Counted from the first letter of the stretch, positions 1 through 9,154 are shown. The stretch is DNA of 64,000 nucleotides from Candidatus Brocadiia bacterium (GCA_050015075.1 JBEKCB010000017.1:34498-98497), one strand, 5' to 3'. Notes: a model not told the origin generated them from the sequence alone. Numbers and translations: made by a program.

Positions 1-100
1 GGAATCCTGTTGGCCACGTCAAGCCTCACAGTTCAGCGCCTGGACTCCAGGCAGTTCTTCGGTGCTGTAGGTGATCTTTCCGCAATTGCACGGCATCCGT

Positions 101-1126
101 TTACCCTGACACGATGGTCGGGGCAGGGCTTGTCCCGCCGGCGACGTTCCAGGAACCGGTTATGTTGCTCGTGCTCGATCCGCTCGTAGCTGCCGCATAG
201 AGAGTTGTCCCCGATCCCTTGCCCGTCGTCAGAATCCAGTGGCCAGCGTACTCACCGCTCGTGGTAAAGATAATCCAGTCGCCATTGGAGTTTTCATAAG
301 CGGTATAGACACCGTAGGTTCCATTGGCGTTGTAACCGCCATTTGCGGATGAGGTTCCAGCGCCGGATGCGGTGAAGGCAGGCGCGGCAGTCGTTGGAGC
401 CGGGGTCGTACCAGCCGCAGTCGTGCCCGCAGAGGTCGGGGCCGCAGTGGTCGGCGGCTTGGTAGTCGGTGCGGCCGTTGACGGCGGTTGCGTCGTCGGG
501 GGTGGTGTAGTCGGAGCCGCCGTTGACGGAGCGGCGGTTGTGGCCGCACAGGGGCCTAGAACCAGCGTTGCCGTTGCGTTCTCGAAATTGGTAACGGTAG
601 TTCCGCCGATATCGGGGTTCCAACTATAGTCGCCGTCGGTTGGGTCATCGTAGTTGCTTCCGCCCTGAAATCCGCCGATCCAGCCCCCGAATATGGCCTC
701 CGCACTAAGCATTACAAACCATGAGCCAGGACCGCCGCCGTAAGGTTCGCACCAGATGAGACTCGCACCGTTCTGGTTGCCATTCCATGTACCCGCGCCG
801 TTAGTCAGCGTGAAGGTGCCATTGAACGCAAGAAAGTTCGAGTCTGCTGGCGGATTATTGTCTGTTACGCCCGATATGGTAAGACAGAACGTGGGTATCT
901 CGGTCGTCGGCGCTGCGGTACTCGGCGCTGCGGTGCTGGGCGCTTGCGTCGTGAGAGACAGCGGCGGCTGCGAGGGCTGCGCCGGTTGGTACAGCGGGTA
1001 GATGCGCTGTCGCCCGACCGTCAGGTCGGTCACACGGTGCTCATAGGCGCGGACCGCAGCGGACGCGCGTTGAACAAAATCGCCCGTCACCAGATAGCCC
1101 TCGTTTCGATCAATCTCCACGGTCAC
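101..1126 (-). CDS. Thr/Ala/Pro-repeat (TTAAP/STAAP) protein, possibly virion- or surface-associated
   Basis: 341-aa ORF with two blocks of pentapeptide repeats separating Gly/Trp-rich beta-like domains; GTG start. Confidence 0.7.
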   Translation of the reverse strand: MTVEIDRNEGYLVTGDFVQRASAAVRAYEHRVTDLTVGRQRIYPLYQPAQPSQPPLSLTTQAPSTAAPSTAAPTTEIPTFCLTISGVTDNNPPADSNFLAFNGTFTLTNGAGTWNGNQNGASLIWCEPYGGGPGSWFVMLSAEAIFGGWIGGFQGGSNYDDPTDGDYSWNPDIGGTTVTNFENATATLVLGPCAATTAAPSTAAPTTPPPTTQPPSTAAPTTKPPTTAAPTSAGTTAAGTTPAPTTAAPAFTASGAGTSSANGGYNANGTYGVYTAYENSNGDWIIFTTSGEYAGHWILTTGKGSGTTLYAAATSGSSTSNITGSWNVAGGTSPAPTIVSG

Positions 1127-1129
1127 ACC

Positions 1130-1339
1130 TCAATAAAAAACAGGCACCACGGTTGATTTCTCGGTATCCCTTTCCGCGTGGGAAGGCCCGCGCACCCAAG
1201 GCGCGTCGCCGCCGCCGAGCAGGCTCGTCAAGTCGCCAGGCCGCTGCTCGTAAGCCTTGACAAAAGCCGAGATGCGCAGCACGGCGTCTCCGCTGAGCAA
1301 GAATCCCTCATGCTCGCGTCCGTGCAAATCAGGTATCAT
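1130..1339 (-). CDS. Small hypothetical protein paralogous to the N-terminus of 101..1126
   Basis: Shares EG[FY]L..GD.V.R.SA.V.AYE.R..DLT with the downstream ORF; GGGAG SD upstream. Confidence 0.65.
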   Translation of the reverse strand: MIPDLHGREHEGFLLSGDAVLRISAFVKAYEQRPGDLTSLLGGGDAPWVRGPSHAERDTEKSTVVPVFY

Positions 1340-1410
1340 CGTCAGTCACTCCCTTCACAATTCCAAGCGCAACACGGTGCGATACACGCCAACCCTTGCC
1401 GTTTCATGGG

Positions 1411-1677
1411 CTACCCCTCCATAGCTGCCTTGTCCGGCTGAAGGCTGTCCACAGCCGCGCACAACGCTTGATGCGCGAGCGCCAGCACTTCGTCTCCGAT
1501 TGTCACGTCCTCCGCGTCGTTGCTGGCCATGACGCGACGGGCTATGGTCCAGCAGAGGAGCGCGCCCGCCGCGTGTACCATCTCGCTTTCGGACCACTCG
1601 GCCTCGGCTGGCGCAAGGGGATTGCCCGATGCGATTGCTTGCACCATACGCCCCGCAATCTCTTCGCTTACCGTCAT
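1411..1677 (-). CDS. Hypothetical helical protein
   Basis: ATG at 1677 overlaps the stop of the nrdR-like ORF (ATGA); GAGG SD. Confidence 0.55.
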   Translation of the reverse strand: MTVSEEIAGRMVQAIASGNPLAPAEAEWSESEMVHAAGALLCWTIARRVMASNDAEDVTIGDEVLALAHQALCAAVDSLQPDKAAMEG

Positions 1678-2573
1678 GGTGAGCCTCGCCTTCCAGCCCC
1701 AAGAAGCTCGGGGCAAAACGTATCAGGCTTCACTTCCTCGACGAACTCGCTCACGTCCTTGAATCCCCGGTACACCGACGCGAACCACGCGCAAGCCACC
1801 CGCCCGAGCGACCGTAGCTTCCTTATCATCAACTGTCCGACCCGGCGTGACGTGACCTCCTTGTGGTAGCGCGAATACACCTCCTGTTCGATTTCCGAGA
1901 CCGTCCTTTCGAGCGCCTCCGTCGAGATCGGCCGCTTCTCGCACGCGCGGACGAGACCGCTCATGATCTTGCTGCGGTCGAACTCGACGTGACGCCCTTC
2001 CTTCTTCATCACCCGGATCGGGCGGACCTCGATTCTTTCATACGTAGTGAAGCGCCGGCCGCAGAATGCGCGGTCAGTGCCCACAGCGCGCGAGTCCACG
2101 CCCTCACCACAGCTAGGCGAGGGGCAAGTAGTCAGCGCGCCCTCTCCATAGGTACGCACCAGTGAAGCCCTTAAACGAAATAGGGCGGTCAAAGCGCTCT
2201 CGCGCCTCGAACCGCCCTATGCAGTTCTGCGGAATTGATCCGCCGAGCCGAGACGGCTTACAGCGCCCTTGCGCTCATAAACCGCCAACCCGGTTTTTGC
2301 ACTCGCTACGAAGGTCGCTGCGTTCGGCCGTTTGCCTCAAAGCCAGCGACCAGACCAGTATAGTTTCGCGCCCTCGCTAATCCCAACGTCTTAGCCAAAG
2401 GGTGCCCGGATGTGTAGCAGGTGGCTCCGGGGTCTATGCGAGCCTAATTGTTCGCTTTACGCCAATCCCTCCAAAACCCGCCCGCGCTCCCGGCTGCGAA
2501 TTATACCGGCAGCGCCTGACGCGCGTGAGTCCACGACCTTATCGCGGTTCTCACGGCAGTAAGAACAGCGCAT
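1674..2573 (-). pseudogene. nrdR: Split/degenerate nrdR (Zn-ribbon start at 2573-2484; CGRRFTTYE plus ATP-cone at 2069-1674)
   Basis: 2573..2457 translates MRCSYCRENRDKVVDSRASGAAGIIRSRER..., and 2069..1674 gives AFCGRRFTTYERIE...KKEGRHVEFDRSKI...ACEKRP...FASVYRGFKDVSEF. Both halves are in the same frame, separated by about 414 bp containing stop codons. Confidence 0.85.
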
Positions 2574-2650
2574 ACCGCAAACCCCTTGCTAGGCGTGCCT
2601 CTTTGCGTCCCTGTCCATTGAAAAGCGCCGCAACTAGATTCGGATCATTC

Positions 2651-2703
2651 CCCCTACATCTAGACGAATGACAAGTATAAGGCACCATAGCTAGTATTGT
2701 CAA
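2651..2703 (-). promoter_or_regulatory. Sigma70 promoter overlapped by two tandem NrdR boxes
   Basis: TTGACA (2703-2698)-N18-TATACT (2679-2674). Boxes cccCTACATCTAGacg (2651) and gcaCcATAgcTAGtat (2682) start 31 bp apart and match acaCwAtATaTwGtgt. Confidence 0.75.
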
Positions 2704-3105
2704 ATCTATGCGCCTCGCCAGCGCATTGCTAAGTTACTGTCCAACATAGACTAGCGATCTTGGGCAACTATTTTTTCAGAATTCTCGTTTTTTCGCCCGC
2801 AGGCTCCCCCGCGTGCACTGAATCACCTGCGACTCGGTGCGCCTAAGCCCTGCGCCGATCCGCACCGCACGCAAACACGTCAGGACTGTTCTTGACCAAC
2901 CCCATAACCGGCTGCCAGTCGCTGTGGTAAAATCCGCCCGCGTGAGATTCTACAATGCCCGCCCCTAAAAAGCTACGTGCCGGGGGAAGCGGGAAGGAGA
3001 CCGCCATTCCTGACCTATGGGCGGCTTGACGCCGCTGGGCGAGAGAGTATGATATCGGCTGATGCTCCCGATTCTGTTCATGGGCAAAGACGGAGGGCAA
3101 TTACG

Positions 3106-3930
3106 ATGGCAGATGACACGTCCACGGCAGAGACGCCCGAAGGAACCATCCGTTTCCAGTGCAAGTGCGGAAAGAGCTATTCGACCCCTGCTATGAATGC
3201 GGGAAAGGTCATTGCCTGCAAAGGCTGCGGGGAGCGAATCAAGATACCCGGCCCACAAGCCCGTGAAGCAAAGGCAGAGACTGCGAAACAGGAAGTGCGC
3301 GATAGTGACGACAGCAGACCGCAAAAAACTGAGTCACCCACACCTCCTTCGGCGACGAACGTGAAACTGCACGCCATAACATACGTCTGCGTCGGGATAA
3401 CGGTGCTGGCCGTGATTGTTGCAGTTTCGGCTTGGAGAGACGCAAAGGAGTTGAGAAACCAGTTGTGGCAACGTGACGACTTGACAGCATCGTCGCAGGG
3501 CCCTGCGAAATCTGCGAGCATTGCCGAAGCACCGGAACTCAAAGGCAATGACCTTCTAGCTTGGAAATTGGCATACGGCTCGGCCATCGGCGACTTCTGC
3601 TCAGAAGCTTTCCCGTCAAGGCCGATTCGCAGGTTGATGACGAAGAACGACAACGGCACTTACGTTTTTCTCTTCTCCAATCTTAACGAGACAACCCACA
3701 CTCCGGGTTTCAACCCAGTGTCGTTTTACCCGCACACAATGTGGGAGGTTACCGTGATGGACTATGGCGACAAATTGCAAGTTGTCAGCAGCCATATGAA
3801 AACTCTGGCCCCTAACCAAACAATGGATGAGCTTAAGAAGCTCTTTGATGAACTCTTTGGCCAATACATTCGGACAGCACCATTGCCAGGCACGGCGAAC
3901 GTTCCCGTGAAGACGGTTCCGAAACCGTAG
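3106..3930 (+). CDS. Zinc-ribbon membrane protein
   Basis: IRFQCKCGK...IACKGCGERIKIP, a linker, then one TM helix; GGAGGG SD before ATG 3106. Confidence 0.75.
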   Translation: MADDTSTAETPEGTIRFQCKCGKSYSTPAMNAGKVIACKGCGERIKIPGPQAREAKAETAKQEVRDSDDSRPQKTESPTPPSATNVKLHAITYVCVGITVLAVIVAVSAWRDAKELRNQLWQRDDLTASSQGPAKSASIAEAPELKGNDLLAWKLAYGSAIGDFCSEAFPSRPIRRLMTKNDNGTYVFLFSNLNETTHTPGFNPVSFYPHTMWEVTVMDYGDKLQVVSSHMKTLAPNQTMDELKKLFDELFGQYIRTAPLPGTANVPVKTVPKP

Positions 3931-4038
3931 GAACAAGAGGGTGGGCAAATGACGGACGGCGTGTGTCCCAAACCGGCTACTCACACCGGGTGACCACCAC
4001 GTCTTCCATCGCGCGAGCCTGCGAAAGTGAGGCATGAC

Positions 4039-4629
4039 ATGCCTGACCGGGATGTACGCAGCGTTCGGGATCTCATCTTCTACCAGTACGCGAAATTAAT
4101 CGCGCGGAGCGCCTTTCGCTGCTCGGACGGCGAGGCGGCCAAGAAGCAGCACTACGGCTTCATCAAGAAGACCTTCCGCGACCTCCAGAGCGGGCGCAAG
4201 AGTTGGTCGGACATCCTGCGGGAGGACAAGCAACTCGTGGAGGCGCCCAAGGTTTGCGTCTTCTGCGGCGCAACGGAGAACCTCGTCTGGGAGCACATCG
4301 TGCCCCGGTCTCTCCACATCAATGACCGCTGCCCCGCCTGCGACCACCTCCAGGGCATCCATAACCAGGTCTGGTGCTGCGCCCCCTGCAACTCCAGGAA
4401 GAGCACCAAAGGCCTTTACGCCTTCTTCGCGGAACTCTCCGGCGATCCCGACGGCGACTTCTTCGACTTCATCCCGGCGCTGCTGGAAAAGAAGTATCTC
4501 AAGACCATCCATTTCTGCCACGAATGCGCCGGGACGCTGACCGCCGGTGACCTGGACGGCGACGGCGCATTGACGGTGCTCGATTTGGATGAAGTGGTGC
4601 GACGGCATGTTGCTGCGCGGGGCGAATAG
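4039..4629 (+). CDS. HNH endonuclease with a C-terminal DxDxDG Ca-binding-like loop
   Basis: CVFCG...EHIVP...HNQVWCCAPCNSRK, ending GDLDGDGALTVLDLD. Confidence 0.8.
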   Translation: MPDRDVRSVRDLIFYQYAKLIARSAFRCSDGEAAKKQHYGFIKKTFRDLQSGRKSWSDILREDKQLVEAPKVCVFCGATENLVWEHIVPRSLHINDRCPACDHLQGIHNQVWCCAPCNSRKSTKGLYAFFAELSGDPDGDFFDFIPALLEKKYLKTIHFCHECAGTLTAGDLDGDGALTVLDLDEVVRRHVAARGE

Positions 4630-4698
4630 ATAGCGCGAACCGCCGGACTTGCCCGACCTTCCGCGCCATTCTCTCGCAACGTGAGGAGTGAGACTCAC

Positions 4699-5481
4699 AT
4701 GGGCCGGAACCCGCAACACAAAGCGAAGCCGAAAGGTGCTGCGCTTGCTGGAAAGCCGGCGCGTCAATTGGGACTAGACTATTCTGGGTTCTCGCCGCGT
4801 CAGTTGGGACTGAGCGTTCTCAGTCGCTGCCTTCTCGATATACGCGAGATACTTGAAAAACCAGACGAGATACATTGGGAACCTGATACTACGGATTTTG
4901 ACGAGGAGAATCCCTTCGGAGAGGTGGGACTGCCTGTTAAGACCGGGGCGAAGTACGCCTTGCAAAACCTGCTGGCGCTAGATCGCCTCATACACGAGGC
5001 AGAAGACAACACCGCGCTGCTTCTCGGGGACCCACTCAAATCGGAAGTCCTGCGTGCCCTTAGCGTAGTGCATACGGCCATCGGGCAAGCTGAGATTCCG
5101 GTAGAGTCGTCAATCTATGACAGAAAAGAGAGGATGGGCATACGGTTTGCCATTGAGAGAGTGACCTGCGCGAAGGACCGCGATGGTGGAACGCTCGCGC
5201 GCTTAGCAGATGCTGTCGGGGACTTGTGTCACACGGCCGAGGGCCCGGTGCGGGCAGACGCCGCGTCAAAGATGGACCCATTGAAGAATCCGAACCTCTC
5301 CCGCTCCACCCGCAGGCTTTGGGAGAAGTTGCGCGCTGTGCAGAAACCTCAGACTACCGACGATATGGAGGGATGGGGCTTCAGCCGGAAAACCGTAATC
5401 AAGGCCGTTAAAGAGCTTAAAGATTCGGGGCATATTACGCGTTGTACGGGCGGCGGTGTGTTGCCGAGGGAACCGAAATAG
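4699..5481 (+). CDS. Hypothetical protein with C-terminal winged-HTH
   Basis: GAGGAG SD; C-terminus LSRSTRRLWEKL...GFSRKTVIKAVKELKDSGHI. Confidence 0.65.
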   Translation: MGRNPQHKAKPKGAALAGKPARQLGLDYSGFSPRQLGLSVLSRCLLDIREILEKPDEIHWEPDTTDFDEENPFGEVGLPVKTGAKYALQNLLALDRLIHEAEDNTALLLGDPLKSEVLRALSVVHTAIGQAEIPVESSIYDRKERMGIRFAIERVTCAKDRDGGTLARLADAVGDLCHTAEGPVRADAASKMDPLKNPNLSRSTRRLWEKLRAVQKPQTTDDMEGWGFSRKTVIKAVKELKDSGHITRCTGGGVLPREPK

Positions 5482-5498
5482 CCACCGAAATAGCTACC
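5473..5498 (+). repeat. Tandem 12-bp direct repeat CCGAAATAGC(C/T)A, a candidate operator
   Basis: ccgaaatagcca-ccgaaatagcta-cc at the wHTH stop, upstream of the HTH/primase operon. Confidence 0.45.
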
Positions 5499-5571
5499 AT
5501 TATGATACTGTAAAACCCACCACACGCGGTCATACTGTCCTATGAACTGAGGCTTCATGGGAGAGTGTGAC

Positions 5572-5757
5572 ATGGTCAAAGACCTGACCCTTGCGGAACT
5601 CGCTAGAATCACTCGCCGGCATCCTGAAACCTTGCGCCGCCTAGCGCGAACAGGGCAACTGCCGGGCGTCTATCGGCTTGGGGGCCGATGGATGATTGCG
5701 CCGCAGAACGCGCGGCGACTTCGGCGTCTTCCAGACCAAGGGCCCACCGATGACTGA
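5572..5757 (+). CDS. Excisionase-like (MerR-type) helix-turn-helix protein
   Basis: LTLAELARITRRHPETLRRLARTGQLPGVYRLGGRWMI; overlaps the primase start. Confidence 0.8.
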   Translation: MVKDLTLAELARITRRHPETLRRLARTGQLPGVYRLGGRWMIAPQNARRLRRLPDQGPTDD

Positions 5758-8416
5758 TACGATCTCCACTACCGAAGTCTGTCTCGGCGCGCCAGAGCTG
5801 GCGGATTCTTTGCTGTCGGTTGCCTTGGGGTGCATTGAGGCTGGCGTTTCAATCATCCCCATCGACCACACGACCAAGCGTCCGGCGGCGAACCTGTTGC
5901 CCACGAACGCTGAAGGCAAGCCGGCATGGAAGCCGTACCAGGCCGCCATCGCTGATGAGGGGACGGTCCGACAATGGTTCAAGACCGGCATCCAGAGTTT
6001 TGCCGTTGTCGGCGGCAAGGTATCCGGCGGGCTGCTGATTTTGGACTTCGACGCGCCGGAATTCTACGAGCAGTGGGTCGAGGCCGTGGGTGAGCGGGCG
6101 AACGGGCTACCGGTCCAACGGACTGGAGGCGGCGGCTATCAAGTACTCCTGCGCTGCGCCCGTCCTGGCGGAAATGACAAGCTGGCTTGGGCGCAGGATG
6201 AGAAAGAGGAAACAGGTCGCACCATTGCCATCGAGACGCGCGGCGAGGGCGGCTATGCCGTAGTGGCGCCGTCGCTGCATCCGTCGGGGAATCGGTACAA
6301 GATGCTGGTCGGAAGCCTCACGAACATCCCTGTCGTTCCTCAAGCCCGTGCCGATGCCCTGATGGCGGCCGCCCGCAAGCTGGATCAGGCTCCGTTGACC
6401 CGGCAGGAGCAGGAACGGCTGGAGACCCAGGCCCGCGAAGCCCACCGGCAACGACAGACCTACCGCCCTGGCCAACCCAGCGTCATCGCCGCCTTCAACG
6501 CGGCGCATCCCATCAAAAATCTGTTGCAGAGGTACGGGTACGTCAAGGGGGCACATGGGCGGTACATTCGGCCCGGGGGAAAGAGCGAATCAGTATCGGT
6601 CAAGGATGGGCGAAGCTGCCACTGGTCGAGCAACGATCCATTGAACGACGGCCGAGGCAAGGGCGGGTGCGGTTGCCATGACGCCTTCGACATATACGCT
6701 CACTTTGAACATCGTGGCAACGTGTCCAAAGCAGTAAAGGCAGCGGCGGACATGAGGTCCACCAACTCCGCTGACGATCTCCCACAACTGGACGCTGGCG
6801 ACCGTAACCTTCCTCGCATAACGCGGGCTGTGTGGGATGCGGTGGTAGCACAGAACGAGCCGCCGCATCTCTTTCACCGTGCAGGGCAGGTCGTGTGGAT
6901 AGATGAAGATGATGAAGGCATGCCGATCACTGTCGCCCTGGACAGGATCAAGTTTCGGCACCTGCTTGCCCGCGTTGCCAGATGGTATCGCTGGGTGAAG
7001 GGGAGGAAGGGCGAACCACCCGAACCGAAGGATGCCGCCCCACCCCTGGATATCGTCGAGGATGCCCTCGCGCTTCGCGGGAAGCCGCTGCCAGTGTTGG
7101 ACGGACTGGCGGAGGCGCCCGTGTTCGCGCCAGATGGAACATTAGTGATCGCGCCAGGCTATTCTCCCGAAAGTCGATTATTCTATGCCCCCAGCGCGCG
7201 GTTTGTCGTTCCTCCCGTCTCAGCTGTGCCATCCGAGGGCGACGTTGATAAAGCCCGGGCGCTCATTGTTACGGAACTGCTCGGCGACTTCCCCTTTACA
7301 TCTGAAACCGAACGTGCTCACGCTCTCGCACTATTGCTTCATCCCTTTGTGCGGCCTCTCATTGCGGGTTCGACCCCCTTGCATTTGATCGAGAAACCCA
7401 CTCCCGGTACTGGTGCAACTCTTCTCGCTGATCTCTTGGTCTACCCGGCTCTGGGACGGCCCCCTGCCTCACTGACTGAAGGCCGCGATGAGGACGAATG
7501 GCGCAAACGTCTCACAGCCGCAGCCCGGCATGGTGGTCCTGTCATACTGATTGACAACCTGCGCCGCCGGCTGGATTCATCGAGCGTCTCGTCCGCGATA
7601 ACTGCACTGTTCTGGGAAGACCGCATTCTCGGCACTTCCGATACCGTGAGGTTGCCCATGCGCTGGGCCTGGATCGCCACTGGTAACAACCCCGCCCTCT
7701 CCTCCGAGATCACGCGCCGAACCGTGCGAATCCGCCTCGATGCGAAGAGCGACCGCCCATGGCTTCGCCAGGGCTTCCGGCATCCCGACATTCGACGGTG
7801 GGCTGCTGAACACCGTGTGGAATTGGTATGGGCTGCACTGACGCTGGCTCAGAACTGGCTGGCAAAAGGCCGACCTCGCCCACCCGCACTCCCTACCTTC
7901 GGCATGTTCGAAGCTTGGAGTGACGTGATGGGCGGCATCCTGGCCTGCGCCGGGATTGCGGGGTTCTTGGGGAACCTTGACGAGTTCTACGAGTGCTCCG
8001 ACGTGGAAGGCGAAGCGTGGAGAAACTTCGTCGCGGCCTGGTTTAATTCTCATGGCGAACGTGAGGTGGGTGTTGCTGAACTCTATTCCCTCGCCGCCAC
8101 GGAGGACGGCAGCGCGCCGATTGACCTTGGCGATGGGACCGAGAAGAGCCAGAAGACCCGTCTCGGCAAGGCGTTGTCGGCGCAGCGCGACCGCCAGTTC
8201 GGAGCATATCGGGTTGTTGCAGGCGCCAAGAAGGATGGAGCCCAACAGTGGAAGCTTCTTACGGCGGCTGAACGTCCTGAACGTGCTGAACATTTTCCCC
8301 CGCGCGTGAGAAATGAATCCTCTGAAGAAGAATCGTTACCGGGAGCGCTTGGAAAACGTTCAGGATGTTCAGGACGTTCAGTGCCTGCATTCCGCGACCC
8401 CGGAGAAGAGGGCTGA
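5750..8416 (+). CDS. Bifunctional DNA primase/polymerase (prim-pol) fused to a helicase-like domain
   Basis: IIPI..TKRP, LLILDFD, QRTGGGGYQ, IETRGEGGYAVVAPSLHPSG; C-terminal KPTPGTGATLL, ILIDN and ATGNN P-loop-type motifs. Confidence 0.85.
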   Translation: MTDTISTTEVCLGAPELADSLLSVALGCIEAGVSIIPIDHTTKRPAANLLPTNAEGKPAWKPYQAAIADEGTVRQWFKTGIQSFAVVGGKVSGGLLILDFDAPEFYEQWVEAVGERANGLPVQRTGGGGYQVLLRCARPGGNDKLAWAQDEKEETGRTIAIETRGEGGYAVVAPSLHPSGNRYKMLVGSLTNIPVVPQARADALMAAARKLDQAPLTRQEQERLETQAREAHRQRQTYRPGQPSVIAAFNAAHPIKNLLQRYGYVKGAHGRYIRPGGKSESVSVKDGRSCHWSSNDPLNDGRGKGGCGCHDAFDIYAHFEHRGNVSKAVKAAADMRSTNSADDLPQLDAGDRNLPRITRAVWDAVVAQNEPPHLFHRAGQVVWIDEDDEGMPITVALDRIKFRHLLARVARWYRWVKGRKGEPPEPKDAAPPLDIVEDALALRGKPLPVLDGLAEAPVFAPDGTLVIAPGYSPESRLFYAPSARFVVPPVSAVPSEGDVDKARALIVTELLGDFPFTSETERAHALALLLHPFVRPLIAGSTPLHLIEKPTPGTGATLLADLLVYPALGRPPASLTEGRDEDEWRKRLTAAARHGGPVILIDNLRRRLDSSSVSSAITALFWEDRILGTSDTVRLPMRWAWIATGNNPALSSEITRRTVRIRLDAKSDRPWLRQGFRHPDIRRWAAEHRVELVWAALTLAQNWLAKGRPRPPALPTFGMFEAWSDVMGGILACAGIAGFLGNLDEFYECSDVEGEAWRNFVAAWFNSHGEREVGVAELYSLAATEDGSAPIDLGDGTEKSQKTRLGKALSAQRDRQFGAYRVVAGAKKDGAQQWKLLTAAERPERAEHFPPRVRNESSEEESLPGALGKRSGCSGRSVPAFRDPGEEG
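8268..8381. repeat. Two inverted arms of three 9-bp iterons each; candidate replication origin
   Basis: ctgaacgtc-ctgaacgtg-ctgaacatt-ttcc (8268-8298) and ggaa-aacgttcag-gatgttcag-gacgttcag (8351-8381) at the 3' end of the primase gene. Confidence 0.7.
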
Positions 8417-8473
8417 CCAGTGAAAGAAAGGCAGGAGAGCGGCTGCTCAAGCGGCCACAGGCGTGAAAGCACA

Positions 8474-8501
8474 GGAGGCCCGGAAATGCGTCCGGGCCTC
8501 C
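8474..8501. terminator. Hairpin between convergent genes
   Basis: GGAGGCCCGGA-aatgcg-TCCGGGCCTCC, an 11-bp stem. Confidence 0.6.
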
Positions 8502-8524
8502 CGAAAGGTGAAACGATGAACGTA

Positions 8525-9055
8525 TCAGCCGGCCAGCGCGAACTGCCCACGGTCGACCTTCTTGAACCGGGCCTCGTCACCCTTCTTCTGAATCTCGCGC
8601 AGGATGCAGGAGTAGAGCGTCGCGGCGGGCGTCTTGCCGGTTGTGCTCCACAGCTTCCTGGCCAGGACCACCTCGACGATCTCCTTCACGTTCATCGCCT
8701 TCTTGGTCTCACGCAGGACCAGGATCGCCGCATCCACCAGACCAAGGCGTTTCTCTTTGGCCTGGCGCGCGCCCTGTTGGCCCACGTTGCGCCCACGGGC
8801 CGCCTTTGCGCCTTTGCTCGCGGAGGCCTTTCCGGGCGCGCCGTGGGCCGCCTGTTTCGTGGTGAGCCGGCCTACGTCGTCGGCCACGGTCCTCACGGTA
8901 AGCCGCCCCGCGTCCGCGACGGTCATCCGCTTGCCGCCGGCGCTGACCACGCTGATCTTGCCCTTCGGGTCCACGCCCTTGACCGTCACGGCGACCTTGT
9001 TCTTCCCGATCGCCAACGTGTACGTCTCTCCCACCTTCACGTTCTCGAGCTTCAT
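8525..9055 (-). CDS. HARE-HTH winged-helix DNA-binding protein
   Basis: LVDAAILVL...MNVKEIVE...GKTPAATLYSCILREI...RFKKVDRGQF; GGAGGG SD. Confidence 0.8.
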   Translation of the reverse strand: MKLENVKVGETYTLAIGKNKVAVTVKGVDPKGKISVVSAGGKRMTVADAGRLTVRTVADDVGRLTTKQAAHGAPGKASASKGAKAARGRNVGQQGARQAKEKRLGLVDAAILVLRETKKAMNVKEIVEVVLARKLWSTTGKTPAATLYSCILREIQKKGDEARFKKVDRGQFALAG

Positions 9056-9154
9056 CGCACGCCCTCCCAAACGGTTCTTGCTGCCTCGTCTCGGCCAGCC
9101 CATTGGCGGCCGCCATCTCCGCCCACCACGCGGGTGGGCAGAGGGGCGGTCGTC

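Noticed and set aside
19-96. 25-aa ORF MPCNCGK... just downstream of 101..1126
   Set aside because: Too short and too close to the window edge to support.
2070-2483. Intein or group I intron in nrdR
   Set aside because: The insert has in-frame stops and lacks Cys...His-Asn ends; no convincing P7 R/S elements by eye. Kept only as an unexplained insertion.
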